Source: Candidatus Nanoarchaeia archaeon
GTDB lineage: Archaea; Nanobdellota; Nanobdellia; Woesearchaeales; UBA10216
Assembly: GCA_028279045.1 (NCBI GenBank)
Contig: JANQSZ010000022.1
Coordinates: 16,388 to 80,387 of the forward strand
Direction: 5' to 3'
Length of the DNA: 64,000 nucleotides
The notes below the pieces were generated by a model. That model was not told where the DNA came from, searched no databases, and saw only the letters and a list, made by a program, of their open reading frames with translations. This document shows positions 40,600 to 50,750 of the stretch, piece after piece (position 1 is the stretch's first letter; every line of letters starts with the position of its first letter). A program made the position numbers and the translations under genes.

Positions 40600-41844
40600 A
40601 TGGACAGAATTGTTATTGGTGCCTCTTGGGGCGATGAAGGAAAAGGAGCTGTCGTAGATCGTTTAGCGGTAGATTCAGGACTCGTTGTCCGATACAACGG
40701 AGGAGACAACGCTGGCCACACTATGCATATTGGAGACCAGAAAGTGGTTCTTCACATTCTTCCAACAGGCGTGTTGCATGGCAAGCCAGTTGCGATCGGC
40801 CCAGATGTTTTTGTGAATCCGAAAGCGCTTCTTACCGATATAGAAGAAGTTACTGGGAAAGGGTTTGCTCCAAAACAAATCTTCATTGATGAGCGAGCAC
40901 ATTTGATCATGCCATATCATCAGGAATTAGATGCTGCTCGAGACAAGAATCAAGGAATTGGAACAACGAAACGTGGCATTGGCCCTGTTGCAGAAGCACG
41001 TGCGAACAGAAAAAAAGGGTTGACCGTCGGTGATCTTTTTGGAAACAATTTTCGGGAGCGAACAAAAGAAATTGTGCTTCTGTATGGAGAGGAACTTCGC
41101 GGCGTTGCTGAAGGAGTTTCGCTGGAAGAGTACGCAGATGCCCTTGCTACAGAATATTTGCAGTTAAGGGAAACGTTGAGTCAATTCATTACACTGCGCT
41201 CGACAGTTTATCTTTTGGAAGAATATGAAAACATTCTTTTTGAAGGGGCGCAAGGAACACTTTTAGATGTTGTTCATGGTACCCGACCGTATATTACCTC
41301 GTCAAATACTACTGCAGGTGCTGTAGCATCAAACGTTCGGCCTGGAAACTATGAAGTCGTTGGGATTGTGAAAGCGTTGTGGACGCGGGTTGGAGAAGGG
41401 CCATTTCCGACGGAAATGGACAGCACTCAATCAGAAACCATGCGCGTTGCTGGTGACGAATTTGGTGCTACAACAGGAAGAGGGAGACGGATTGGGCATC
41501 CTGATTTTGTTGCACTCAAGTATTCTGCACTGATTAACGGTGTTAACTATTGGGTGCTTACAAAAGTAGACTCCTTTGCAGATACAGCAATCCAAGGATG
41601 CACAGCGTACACAAAAAACGGAGAAAGTACTTCTGAAATACCTGCAAACATGGACGGATGGGAAGCAGAGTATACGACAAACTATCAATGGCCTAAAACT
41701 GATTGGAAAAGTGTAACGAAAGAAACACTTCCAGACGGGTTAAGAAAATATATCGCTGACATTCATCAATATACCGGCGTTCCGGTAGGAATGATTACGT
41801 TTGGACCTGAGCGAGGTGACTACTTGTGGCTATTAAACAAGTAA
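40600..41844 (+). CDS. purA: adenylosuccinate synthetase
   Basis: WGDEGKG, NAGHT, GTTKRGIGP, EGAQG and GATTGRGRR. Confidence 0.96.
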   Translation: MDRIVIGASWGDEGKGAVVDRLAVDSGLVVRYNGGDNAGHTMHIGDQKVVLHILPTGVLHGKPVAIGPDVFVNPKALLTDIEEVTGKGFAPKQIFIDERAHLIMPYHQELDAARDKNQGIGTTKRGIGPVAEARANRKKGLTVGDLFGNNFRERTKEIVLLYGEELRGVAEGVSLEEYADALATEYLQLRETLSQFITLRSTVYLLEEYENILFEGAQGTLLDVVHGTRPYITSSNTTAGAVASNVRPGNYEVVGIVKALWTRVGEGPFPTEMDSTQSETMRVAGDEFGATTGRGRRIGHPDFVALKYSALINGVNYWVLTKVDSFADTAIQGCTAYTKNGESTSEIPANMDGWEAEYTTNYQWPKTDWKSVTKETLPDGLRKYIADIHQYTGVPVGMITFGPERGDYLWLLNK

Positions 41845-42449
41845 ATACTGTCGAGGACAAACGGAAAATAAAAAATGTTCTTATTAGTGTATGGGATAAA
41901 ACAGGCATACTTGAATTTGCTCGATCACTGGGCGATGTTACTATTTATAGCACAGGCGGTACGTTTGTTGCACTTGCAGAATTGCCAAATGTGAAAAGGG
42001 TTGAAGAGTACACTGGTTATGCTGAAATGCCGGGTGGCCTTGTCAAAACATTGCACCCAAAAATTCACGCAGGCATACTTGCCGATGCAAGGGACCTAGA
42101 GAATAACGATTACCTGGAACATATTGAAGCGGTGCACTTTGACATGGTTGTTGCAAACTTGTACCCGTTTCAAGAGATGAGTGTCCACGGCGTGGAAAGC
42201 GCGCGTAGCCACATCGACATTGGCGGGCCGACAATGATTAGTGCGGCGGCAAAAAACTACTTGAAAGTCACTGTCGTTACCGATCCTAGTGATTATGGCA
42301 GGATTGTGGAATGGTTAAAGAATGGACATATTACTTTTACTCAAAGAGTAGAACTCGCTAAGAAAGCATGGAAACACCTTGCAGACTATCAACAAGGAAT
42401 TAGCGATTTTTTTGACAAAAAAGAGGAGTTTGATTATGAATTATCGTAA
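41826..42449 (+). CDS. purH: IMP cyclohydrolase (PurH N-terminal domain as a separate gene)
   Basis: ISVWDKTG, STGGT, VKTLHPKIHAGIL, NLYPF, IDIGGPT and AAKN. Confidence 0.9.
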   Translation: MAIKQVNTVEDKRKIKNVLISVWDKTGILEFARSLGDVTIYSTGGTFVALAELPNVKRVEEYTGYAEMPGGLVKTLHPKIHAGILADARDLENNDYLEHIEAVHFDMVVANLYPFQEMSVHGVESARSHIDIGGPTMISAAAKNYLKVTVVTDPSDYGRIVEWLKNGHITFTQRVELAKKAWKHLADYQQGISDFFDKKEEFDYELS

Positions 42450-43710
42450 AGCATATCGAGAAATTACAGAAGATCATTTCCCAGAAAAAATGACAATCAC
42501 TCTAGGGGATACTCAACTCGAATACCAAAAGAAAACTTGGCGCATTGAAACGCCAACAGGACTCGAGGAGAAAGGGCTTCGATACGGTGAGAACCCTGGA
42601 CAGGAAGCAGCGCTCTACGAACTTGTTAATGGAAATTTAGTTTTAGGGGAATGTCAGTTTATCGGCGCTGGAAACGGTTTAGTGAGTAGTGTTTCGAGTG
42701 AAGACCTCATACAATCTGGCAAGCATCCTGGTAAAACAAACCTTACTGATGTTGATAGTGCACTGAATATTCTGAAGTATTTTGACGAACCTACTGTGGT
42801 AATTGTTAAACATAACAATCCGAGCGGGGTTGCTACGCGGAGTACGCTAGTAGAAGCATACCGAGAAGCATATTATGCAGACAGGATCGCGGCATTTGGT
42901 GGAGCTGCAGTTTGTAATCGAACGATCGACAAAGAAACTGCACGAGAAATGAGTCACCAATATTTGGAAGTTGTTTGTGCACCACACTTTGAAGAAGATG
43001 CGCTTGAGTATTTGAAACAACGCAAGAACCTGAGAATTATACAGATACGAAACATTGAGAAACTGCAGCAGTACGCGTACCAACGGTTTTTAGATTTCAG
43101 AAGCCTTATGGACGGAGGGTTGGTTATTCAGCAATCTCCTCTCAATACGATTCGTAGCGTCGAAGATTTCAAAACGGCGGTGGTTGAGCACAAGGGAGTC
43201 GAGTATGCGAACAAACGTGCGCCTACTGAAAAAGAATTGAACGATATGTTATTTGGCTGGCGTGTAGAAATGGGTGTGACATCCAACTCGGTTATCTATG
43301 TAAAGAACAATACGACAGTCGGTATTGGAACAGGGGAACAAGATCGTGTTGGTGTTGCAGAGATAGCAGCGCTGAAGGCATACCAGAAATATGCTGATCG
43401 CCTGTGTTTTGAAGAACAAGGCAAGCCACTTTGGGTGTTGAAGGAAGATATTCAGCAAGGAAAAGCAGAACAGCACGTGCTGGATGATATAAATACACGG
43501 GTTGCAACAGCGCGAGGGAACCTGGAAGGATCGATTATGATCTCGGATGCGTTCTTTCCTTTTCCAGATACGGTTGCCGTTGCGAAGAAATTTGGGATCA
43601 CCGGCATAGTGCAGCCAGGAGGATCTTTGAACGATCATTTAAGTATAGAAGCAGCAAATGACGCTGGCATTGCCATGGTATTTACAGGCCAGCGGGCGTT
43701 CAAACACTAG
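42436..43710 (+). CDS. purH: AICAR transformylase (PurH C-terminal domain as a separate gene)
   Basis: LRYGENPGQ, VKHNNPSG, AFGG, SDAFFPF, QPGGS and RAFKH; own RBS gaggag. Confidence 0.9.
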   Translation: MNYRKAYREITEDHFPEKMTITLGDTQLEYQKKTWRIETPTGLEEKGLRYGENPGQEAALYELVNGNLVLGECQFIGAGNGLVSSVSSEDLIQSGKHPGKTNLTDVDSALNILKYFDEPTVVIVKHNNPSGVATRSTLVEAYREAYYADRIAAFGGAAVCNRTIDKETAREMSHQYLEVVCAPHFEEDALEYLKQRKNLRIIQIRNIEKLQQYAYQRFLDFRSLMDGGLVIQQSPLNTIRSVEDFKTAVVEHKGVEYANKRAPTEKELNDMLFGWRVEMGVTSNSVIYVKNNTTVGIGTGEQDRVGVAEIAALKAYQKYADRLCFEEQGKPLWVLKEDIQQGKAEQHVLDDINTRVATARGNLEGSIMISDAFFPFPDTVAVAKKFGITGIVQPGGSLNDHLSIEAANDAGIAMVFTGQRAFKH

Positions 43711-43720
43711 TTACACGTTT

Positions 43721-43759
43721 GTGTACAAAACAGTTAATAAATACCAAAATTTGTACAAA
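43721..43759 (+). promoter_or_regulatory. internal purF promoter with TGTACA boxes
   Basis: GTGTACAAAAC (43721), TATA-like ttaataaata, and the palindrome TTTGTACAAA (43750-43759). Confidence 0.6.
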
Positions 43760-43780
43760 GACTATAGGGACAGCACGCTT

Positions 43781-46513
43781 ATGTGTGGAATTTTTGGAAT
43801 CATTGGAAGTCCGGATGCAGCGGCAGAAATCTATGTCGGAATGCTGCACCTTCAGCACCGCGGCCAAGATGCCGCTGGCTTAATGGTGCAAGACACTTCT
43901 AGCCCAGAGTACGGTATTCGGAGCGAACGAGGCAAGGGTTGGGTCACCCATCTTTTTGATGGAGACAAACTTGCTGGCATGGCAGGAAGCATGGGCATCG
44001 GCCATACTAGATACCCGACTGCTGGTTGCGGAGAGATGAGCGAGGTGCAGCCATTCTTTGTTCAACAACCCGATGGAATTGGGATGGGTTTTAATGGAAA
44101 TATTATCAATTATCAGCAACTCAAGAAAGAATTGCGAGAAGAACAACGCATTTACCTGCGAAGTCAATCTGATGGTGAAGCGCTTTTGCATCTTTTTGCA
44201 GAGGGATACAAAAGGAAGGAAGGGGCAGAAGCGATTTTTAGTGCTGTAGAGCATATCAACAAAAAATGTGTAGGTGCATATTCTGTTGTAGGTATGATTT
44301 CAAACAAAGGAGTGTTTGCTTTCAAAGACCCAAACGGAATTAAACCGTTAAAAGTTGGACAGCGGCAGACGAGCAAAGGGGTTGTGTATGCATTTGCATC
44401 GGAAAGCATTGCTCTTAGCATCCAAGGATTTGAAAATGTACGAAGTTTAGAACCAGGAGAAGTTATTTTCGTAGATGCAAACGGAAACTATCATTCACGC
44501 ATACTAGAGCAGAGAGAGTCTGCTCCTTGTTCCTTTGAATGGGTGTATTTCTCGACGGTAGAATCCGAGTTCCAGGGAAAGAGTGTTTACATGGTGCGTA
44601 AGAAACTAGGTGAAGAACTTGCAGCTAAAGTCAAGAAAAAATGGCCTGATTTGAAAGTCGATGTCGTTATTCCTGTCCCAGATACAAGCAGACCAGCTGC
44701 CGCTGCGCTTGCTAATTCATTAGGTGTTCGTTATGATGAAGGATTAGTGAAGAATCGCTATGTTGGACGAACATTTATCATGCCACATCAACAGGTCAGG
44801 GAGCAAGCACTAGAATTGAAACTAAAACCTATCGATCATGTTTTGAAAGGAAAGAATGTTATGGTTGTCGACGACAGTATTGTACGTGGAACAACGTCCA
44901 AACGTATGGTTAAACTACTACGGAACTCTGGAGCAGAGAAAGTTTACCTGCTTTCTACGTTTCCACCTATTAAACACCCGTGCTACTATGGAATTGACTT
45001 CACAAGCAGAGGGGAACTGGTAGCTGCCGACAGAGATTTTGATGAAATAGAAAAAGAAATTGGAGCTGACAAACTCATTTACATGGATGTTGAAGGCCTG
45101 GAGAAGGCAATTGGTCAGAGCAACATGTGTAGTGCGTGTTTGACAGGGAAATATCCAACGCCAGTGGATAGTGCTGATAGTTTAAGTGAGCAACGGCAAT
45201 CACATCAAGATCAATTTGACAAAGAGAATAGTATCGTGCTCGTCGTCGGAAACGGAGCACGTGAACACGTCATTACAGAATCGCTGGCGAAAGATAGCAC
45301 TGTGTATGCGTACATGAACGCACGCAACCCAGGAATTGCAAAACTTGCAAAAGATACCCGCATTGGATCATGGGATAATGTTGATGACATTGTAGAGTAT
45401 GCGAAAGAAATCAAAGCAACACTTGTTGTTGTTGGGCCAGAACTTCCTCTTTCAGCTGGAGTTGTTGATGCGCTTGAAAATGGCGGCATCCCGTGTTTCG
45501 GACCTGTTAAAGAGCTCGCACAGTTGGAAACGAGTAAGAGTTTTACACGGAGCTTACTGAGCAAATATGCAATAAATGCAAGTCCTGCGTATCGCGTGTT
45601 TAACTCTTCTGAAGGTCTCCATGAATATCTTCTTGAGCTCGGAGAATATGTATTGAAACCAGATGGACTTACTGGCGGAAAAGGAGTGAAAGTTAAGGGA
45701 GAACACTTTCAGACTGAGCAAGAAGCAATCGCGTATTGCGAAGAAGTTCTAGCTGGACATGGAAAGATTGTGGTTGAGGAAAAACTTATTGGCGAAGAAT
45801 TCAGCCTGATGAGTATTACCGACGGAAAAACAGTCATTGATATGCCTGCTGTTCAAGATCATAAACGCGCTTTTGATGGAGATCAAGGGCCGAATACCGG
45901 TGGAATGGGAAGCTACTCTGATGCGGATCATTCCCTTCCTTTCCTGACAAAAGAAGATTTGGATGTTGCGCATGAAACAACAGTCCAAGTTCTCGACGCA
46001 CTGAAGAAAGAGACTGGGAAAGAATACAAAGGAGTCATGTATGGTGGTTTCATTAAAACAAAGAACGGGGTTAAACTCATTGAGTATAATGCACGGTTTG
46101 GCGATCCGGAGGCGATGAATGTTCTTCCCCTCCTTAAAACTTCATTTCGATTAGTATGCCAAGCAGTTGTGGAGCAACGGTTGCATGAATTGCCTTTGCA
46201 ATTTGAGCAGAAGGCAACGGTGTGTAAATATGTTGTTCCAGAGGAATATCCAGGAAAATCTGAGCAAGCACCAATTGTTGTTCCTGAAATGAGTGCGAAT
46301 GTTTACTACGCTGCTGTCGATGAAAGAGACGGACAGCTTGTCACTACCGGATCTCGAGCAGTGGCAACTGTCGGCATTGCACCTTCACTTGAAGAAGCAC
46401 AGCAAATTGCGGAAGAAGGAGCGTCGAAAATTGAAGGAAAAGTTCGTCATCGAACAGATATCGGAACATCCGGATTAATTCAGAAGAGAATTGAACACGT
46501 ACGGGCGTTATAA
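43781..46513 (+). CDS. purF: fused amidophosphoribosyltransferase (PurF) and GAR synthetase (PurD)
   Basis: N-terminal MCGIFG, QHRGQD, VDDSIVRGTT and CSACLTG, then in frame GNGAREH, GGKGV, GPNTGGMG and EYNARFGDPE. Confidence 0.94.
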   Translation: MCGIFGIIGSPDAAAEIYVGMLHLQHRGQDAAGLMVQDTSSPEYGIRSERGKGWVTHLFDGDKLAGMAGSMGIGHTRYPTAGCGEMSEVQPFFVQQPDGIGMGFNGNIINYQQLKKELREEQRIYLRSQSDGEALLHLFAEGYKRKEGAEAIFSAVEHINKKCVGAYSVVGMISNKGVFAFKDPNGIKPLKVGQRQTSKGVVYAFASESIALSIQGFENVRSLEPGEVIFVDANGNYHSRILEQRESAPCSFEWVYFSTVESEFQGKSVYMVRKKLGEELAAKVKKKWPDLKVDVVIPVPDTSRPAAAALANSLGVRYDEGLVKNRYVGRTFIMPHQQVREQALELKLKPIDHVLKGKNVMVVDDSIVRGTTSKRMVKLLRNSGAEKVYLLSTFPPIKHPCYYGIDFTSRGELVAADRDFDEIEKEIGADKLIYMDVEGLEKAIGQSNMCSACLTGKYPTPVDSADSLSEQRQSHQDQFDKENSIVLVVGNGAREHVITESLAKDSTVYAYMNARNPGIAKLAKDTRIGSWDNVDDIVEYAKEIKATLVVVGPELPLSAGVVDALENGGIPCFGPVKELAQLETSKSFTRSLLSKYAINASPAYRVFNSSEGLHEYLLELGEYVLKPDGLTGGKGVKVKGEHFQTEQEAIAYCEEVLAGHGKIVVEEKLIGEEFSLMSITDGKTVIDMPAVQDHKRAFDGDQGPNTGGMGSYSDADHSLPFLTKEDLDVAHETTVQVLDALKKETGKEYKGVMYGGFIKTKNGVKLIEYNARFGDPEAMNVLPLLKTSFRLVCQAVVEQRLHELPLQFEQKATVCKYVVPEEYPGKSEQAPIVVPEMSANVYYAAVDERDGQLVTTGSRAVATVGIAPSLEEAQQIAEEGASKIEGKVRHRTDIGTSGLIQKRIEHVRAL

Positions 46514-47202
46514 TGTATGACCCATCAAAAGGAATAATGAAAGTCGCAGCATTCATGTCGGGAAGCGGAACCAATTTACGTAGATTGATTGAGAATAAGA
46601 ACGGATATGATGTGACGCTTATATTTACAGATAACAAAGACTCAAATGCAGAACGTATTGGGAACGAACACGGGATACCAGTACATTGCAGAGATATTAA
46701 GGAATACTACCGTGAAAGAAATGCGTCGAGGAGAGACATGGAAGTGCGGAAAGAGTACGATGCGGAAACTGCCGCGCTATTGAAGCAAAACAATGTCGAT
46801 GTCGTTGCGCTTTGCGGTTATATGAGTATTGTTACAGAACCAGTGCTGGATGCATTTACTGTTTTGAACGTTCACCCTGCTGATTTACGCGTACTTGAGA
46901 ATGAAAAAAGAAGATATGCAGGATGCATGGGTGCTGACTGCGTGAGGAAAGCACTAGAAAAAGGAGATGAACTGCGATCGAGTGTGCACATTGTAACATT
47001 AGGAGTTGATGAAGGACCTGTTCTTGCAGTATCAGAACCACTACAAGATGTTGAAGGAAAGAGTGCAGAGGAATTGCAAGAGGAACTCAAGCAAAAAGGC
47101 GATTGGGTAGTGTACCCACAAGTTTTGCAAGACATGGCAGCAGGGAAATACCGACGAGAAGGATCTTCAATATACAAGGAAGGTGAACTTGTTGGTAACT
47201 AA
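46513..47202 (+). CDS. purN: GAR formyltransferase
   Basis: SGSGTN, LCGYM, NVHPA and SVHIV...VDEGPV. Confidence 0.88.
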   Translation: MYDPSKGIMKVAAFMSGSGTNLRRLIENKNGYDVTLIFTDNKDSNAERIGNEHGIPVHCRDIKEYYRERNASRRDMEVRKEYDAETAALLKQNNVDVVALCGYMSIVTEPVLDAFTVLNVHPADLRVLENEKRRYAGCMGADCVRKALEKGDELRSSVHIVTLGVDEGPVLAVSEPLQDVEGKSAEELQEELKQKGDWVVYPQVLQDMAAGKYRREGSSIYKEGELVGN

Positions 47203-47722
47203 AGAAGAAATTCGGAAACAGGTAGGGTCACAAGACATCACTGAAGGTGCGAGCGAAGCAATATGCATGCACATACGGGAAATGCAGGAATACAAAGGTG
47301 CAGGAACTGTAATGATGTATGCTGCGCTACCGGATGAAGTTGAATTAGCACTGCTTATTGACGATGCTAAAGCGACAGGGAAGAAAGTGGTACTACCGCG
47401 CATGGAAGGAAATCAGATTGAAGCTGTTCTTTACGATGGCCAGCTCATGAAGAACGAAATCGGAATTGCTGAGCCGGTAGAAGGGAGTATAGTGCCAAAG
47501 GAAGAGATTGATATTGTGATTGTTCCTGGCCGGGCATTTGACAAAAAAGGAAACAGACTTGGCCGAGGCGGTGGCTACTACGATACGTTTCTTCAAGGCT
47601 ACGAGGGAATGACAATAGGGGTTGCGTTTGAATCACAGATATTTAACGAATTACCTGTCGATGAACATGATTATCCAGTAAACATCATAATTACAGAACG
47701 GAGGCGTTACGATGGATCCTGA
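47183..47722 (+). CDS. 5-formyltetrahydrofolate cyclo-ligase
   Basis: IVPGRAFDKKGNRLGRGGGYYD and DEHD. Confidence 0.92.
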   Translation: MNLLVTKEEIRKQVGSQDITEGASEAICMHIREMQEYKGAGTVMMYAALPDEVELALLIDDAKATGKKVVLPRMEGNQIEAVLYDGQLMKNEIGIAEPVEGSIVPKEEIDIVIVPGRAFDKKGNRLGRGGGYYDTFLQGYEGMTIGVAFESQIFNELPVDEHDYPVNIIITERRRYDGS

Positions 47723-48929
47723 AGTACAAAAACTCATACAACGAGAAGAACAAAGACAAGAAGAACAAATCGGACTAATTGCATCGGAAAACTTTGCTAG
47801 CAAAGCGGTATTAGAAGCTACCGGCAGCGTTTTTACAAACAAATACTCAGAAGGATACTCTAGAAAAAGATACTACGCAGGCAATGAAGTTGTCGACGAT
47901 ATGGAAGAACTTGCAATCGAACGTGCTAAGAAACTTTTTGGAGCTGAGCACGCAAATGTGCAGCCGTATTCGGGAAGCCCTGCAAATATGGAAGTGTTCT
48001 TTGCACTATTGCAGGCGGGTGATACCATACTATCTCTTGATCTTGCACAAGGAGGACACCTTACACATGGGAGCCCTGTTAATTTTAGCGGAAAAGGATA
48101 CCGGTTTATTCATTATTCACTAGATCGAGAAACCGAAACTATTGACTATGATAAGGTTGCTGAACAAGCTGCACAAGAGAAACCTAAGCTGATACTTTCT
48201 GGCTTTACTGCATACCCTCGTCAAGTAGATTTCAAACGCATGGCTAAAATTGCAGCGGAAGTTGGGGCGTATTCTATGGCTGATATCTCACACATCTCTG
48301 GACTTGTGGTTGCAGGAGAGCATGTTTCTCCATTTCCAGAAACAGATGTTGTGATGACAACGACGCACAAAACACTTCGCGGACCGAGAGGAGCGATGAT
48401 CATGTGCAAAGAAGAAATTGCAAAACAAATCGACAAAGCTGTTTTCCCGGGAATGCAAGGAGGACCACACAATCATTCAAACGCCGCGAAAGCGGTTGCA
48501 TTTGCAGAAGCCATGACTCCTGAGTTCAAGGCGTATGCAGGACAAATTGTTCGCAACGCAAAAGCACTCGCTGAGGGGTTAAAGCAAAAAGGATTTCGAC
48601 TGGTGAGTGGGGGAACAGACACACACCTTCTCTTGGTTGATTTGACGCCGAAGAAAGTCACAGGAAGGCAAGCACAGCTCGGATTGGAAAAAGCAGGGAT
48701 TATTCAGAACATGAATATGATTCCTTACGATACGAGAAAGCCATTTGACCCAAGTGGGTTGCGATTGGGAACCCCAGGAGTTACCACAAGAGGAATGAAA
48801 GAACCTGAAATGGAAAAGATTGCTGATTTTATTGATAGAAGTGTGCAACACATTGAAGATGATGCCTATCTCGAAGGCGTAAAACAGGAGGTAAAGGAAT
48901 TCGCAACAAAATTCCCTGTTTATCGATGA
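47712..48929 (+). CDS. glyA: serine hydroxymethyltransferase
   Basis: LIASEN, NKYSEG, GGHLTHG and TTTHKTLRGPRG. Confidence 0.96.
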   Translation: MDPEVQKLIQREEQRQEEQIGLIASENFASKAVLEATGSVFTNKYSEGYSRKRYYAGNEVVDDMEELAIERAKKLFGAEHANVQPYSGSPANMEVFFALLQAGDTILSLDLAQGGHLTHGSPVNFSGKGYRFIHYSLDRETETIDYDKVAEQAAQEKPKLILSGFTAYPRQVDFKRMAKIAAEVGAYSMADISHISGLVVAGEHVSPFPETDVVMTTTHKTLRGPRGAMIMCKEEIAKQIDKAVFPGMQGGPHNHSNAAKAVAFAEAMTPEFKAYAGQIVRNAKALAEGLKQKGFRLVSGGTDTHLLLVDLTPKKVTGRQAQLGLEKAGIIQNMNMIPYDTRKPFDPSGLRLGTPGVTTRGMKEPEMEKIADFIDRSVQHIEDDAYLEGVKQEVKEFATKFPVYR

Positions 48930-49762
48930 TCTTAGACGGAAAAGAAGTAGCTGAGAAAGTGAAGAAAGAAGTGAAGATGTATGTAGAAACACTCGGCTAC
49001 CCTATTAAATTGGCAGCGGTTCTTGTAGGAGATAACTCTGCGTCTAAAATATACGTAGGGCGAAAGCAGAAATCTTGCGCAGAAGTAGGAATTGAATCAC
49101 AGTTGTTTCACTTGCCGAGTGAAACGACGCAAGAGGAGATTCTGGAGTTGCTTGGAACGCTTAATCAGGATAGCGCGGTCACAGCAATACTTGTACAGCT
49201 TCCCCTGCCAAAGCACATTGATGAGGAACTTGTTTTGAAAACAGTAGACCCAAAGAAAGACGTTGATGGATTTAATCCGCTCAACCTTGGGAAACTTGCA
49301 GCAGGAAATGAATTCATTACACCTGCGACACCGACGGGAATTATTCGATTGCTACATGAATATACTATTCCTGTTGAAGGAAAGCATGTTGTCATCATCG
49401 GAAGAAGCGCTATTGTTGGAAGACCAATGGCACTCATGATGATAAATAGGCATGCAACAGTGAGTGTATGTCATAGCAGGACAAAGAATCTTGCTGAGAT
49501 TACACGTCAAGCAGATATTATTGTTGTTGCTGCAGGAAAACAGAACCTGCTCACAGCAGACATGATTAAAGAAGGTGCAGTGGTTGTTGACGTAGGAATC
49601 AACAGGACTGTGAACAAAATTGTCGGCGATGTAGATTTCGAATCTATGAAGGACAAAGCAGGATACATAACGCCGGTACCAGGAGGTGTGGGACCAATGA
49701 CGGTTGCAACACTTCTCCACAACACACTACAACTCGCAAGGGTGCAGCATGAAGTACAGTGA
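48926..49762 (+). CDS. folD: methylene-THF dehydrogenase/cyclohydrolase
   Basis: VQLPLP, KDVDG, GRSAIVGRP, DVGIN and TPVPGGVGPMT. Confidence 0.96.
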   Translation: MILDGKEVAEKVKKEVKMYVETLGYPIKLAAVLVGDNSASKIYVGRKQKSCAEVGIESQLFHLPSETTQEEILELLGTLNQDSAVTAILVQLPLPKHIDEELVLKTVDPKKDVDGFNPLNLGKLAAGNEFITPATPTGIIRLLHEYTIPVEGKHVVIIGRSAIVGRPMALMMINRHATVSVCHSRTKNLAEITRQADIIVVAAGKQNLLTADMIKEGAVVVDVGINRTVNKIVGDVDFESMKDKAGYITPVPGGVGPMTVATLLHNTLQLARVQHEVQ

Positions 49763-50750
49763 AGCAGGAGTCAGCATTGATGCGCAAAACGATTCGAACG
49801 AACGCATCAAAAAGCATGTTCGAAGTACGCATACGGAACATGTGGTAACTGATGTAGGTCATTTTGCAGGAAGTGTGAAACTTCCGAGTAACCTTTCAGA
49901 TCCTGTGCTCATCATGAGTACTGACGGAGTAGGTACAAAAACGATTATAGCAGAACAACTTGGTAGGTTTGAGTCATTGGGTGCAGATATTGTGCACAAT
50001 TGCGGAAATGACGTGCTTGCCGTGGGAGCAGAACCAAAGTACTTTACTGACTATGTTGCATCAGCACAATTGAAACCTGAGGTAGTTGAAGAAATTGTGA
50101 AAGGAATTGCAGAAGCGTGTAAAAACCTCGGAATTGTGCTAATGGGTGGAGAAACAGCCGAGATGCCAGGTGTGTATCGAGAATCGCGGCATGACCTGGT
50201 TGGTACGATGGTAGGAATTGCAGAGCGGTCGATGCTTTTTGATTCTTCACAAATTAAAGAAGGAGACGCCATCATTGGACTTCCGTCGAATGGAGTGCAC
50301 ACTAATGGATACTCACTTGTTCGGAAAATTGTTGAAGCAAGAGGGTTAGATCTTACTATTGACTATGATATGGGAATGTCTTTGGGAGAGTTACTCTTGC
50401 TTCCGCATAGGGACTATGTTAAAGACATTATGGGACTGCGACAATACGTTACTATTCGCGGACTTGCGCATATTACTGGTGGGGGAATTACAGAAAATGT
50501 ACCTCGGATGTTTCCAGAAGGGCTAGGTGCTGCGATCAACTTAGGCGGATGGAAGATTCCGCTACTTTTTCAATTTATACAACAACAAGGAGATGTATCT
50601 CAGGAAGAAATGCTACGCACGTTTAATTGTGGTGTTGGAATGGTACTTGTTGTGCCAAAAGAAGAAAAAAATAATGTACTGAGTAGGATAGAATCATATG
50701 ACCTCGGAACAGTTGTCGTCGGAAAAGGCGTTACGTATACAAACTATTGA
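49749..50750 (+). CDS. purM: AIR synthetase
   Basis: YSEAGVSID, TDGVGTK, GGETAEMPG, HITGGG and TFNCGVG. Confidence 0.95.
   Translation: MKYSEAGVSIDAQNDSNERIKKHVRSTHTEHVVTDVGHFAGSVKLPSNLSDPVLIMSTDGVGTKTIIAEQLGRFESLGADIVHNCGNDVLAVGAEPKYFTDYVASAQLKPEVVEEIVKGIAEACKNLGIVLMGGETAEMPGVYRESRHDLVGTMVGIAERSMLFDSSQIKEGDAIIGLPSNGVHTNGYSLVRKIVEARGLDLTIDYDMGMSLGELLLLPHRDYVKDIMGLRQYVTIRGLAHITGGGITENVPRMFPEGLGAAINLGGWKIPLLFQFIQQQGDVSQEEMLRTFNCGVGMVLVVPKEEKNNVLSRIESYDLGTVVVGKGVTYTNY

Noticed and set aside
40536..40721. Long N-terminal extension of the PurR-like ORF in the ORF track
   Set aside because: Overlaps purA and the TATA/operator region; ATG 40535 fits the start of the HTH domain
41826..43710. purH as a frameshifted pseudogene or programmed frameshift
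   Set aside because: Both halves keep their catalytic motifs, the break is at the domain boundary, and the second ORF has its own RBS and ATG
43658..43780. Upstream extension of purF in the ORF track
   Set aside because: PurF needs an N-terminal Cys (MCG at 43781), and the extension covers the internal promoter
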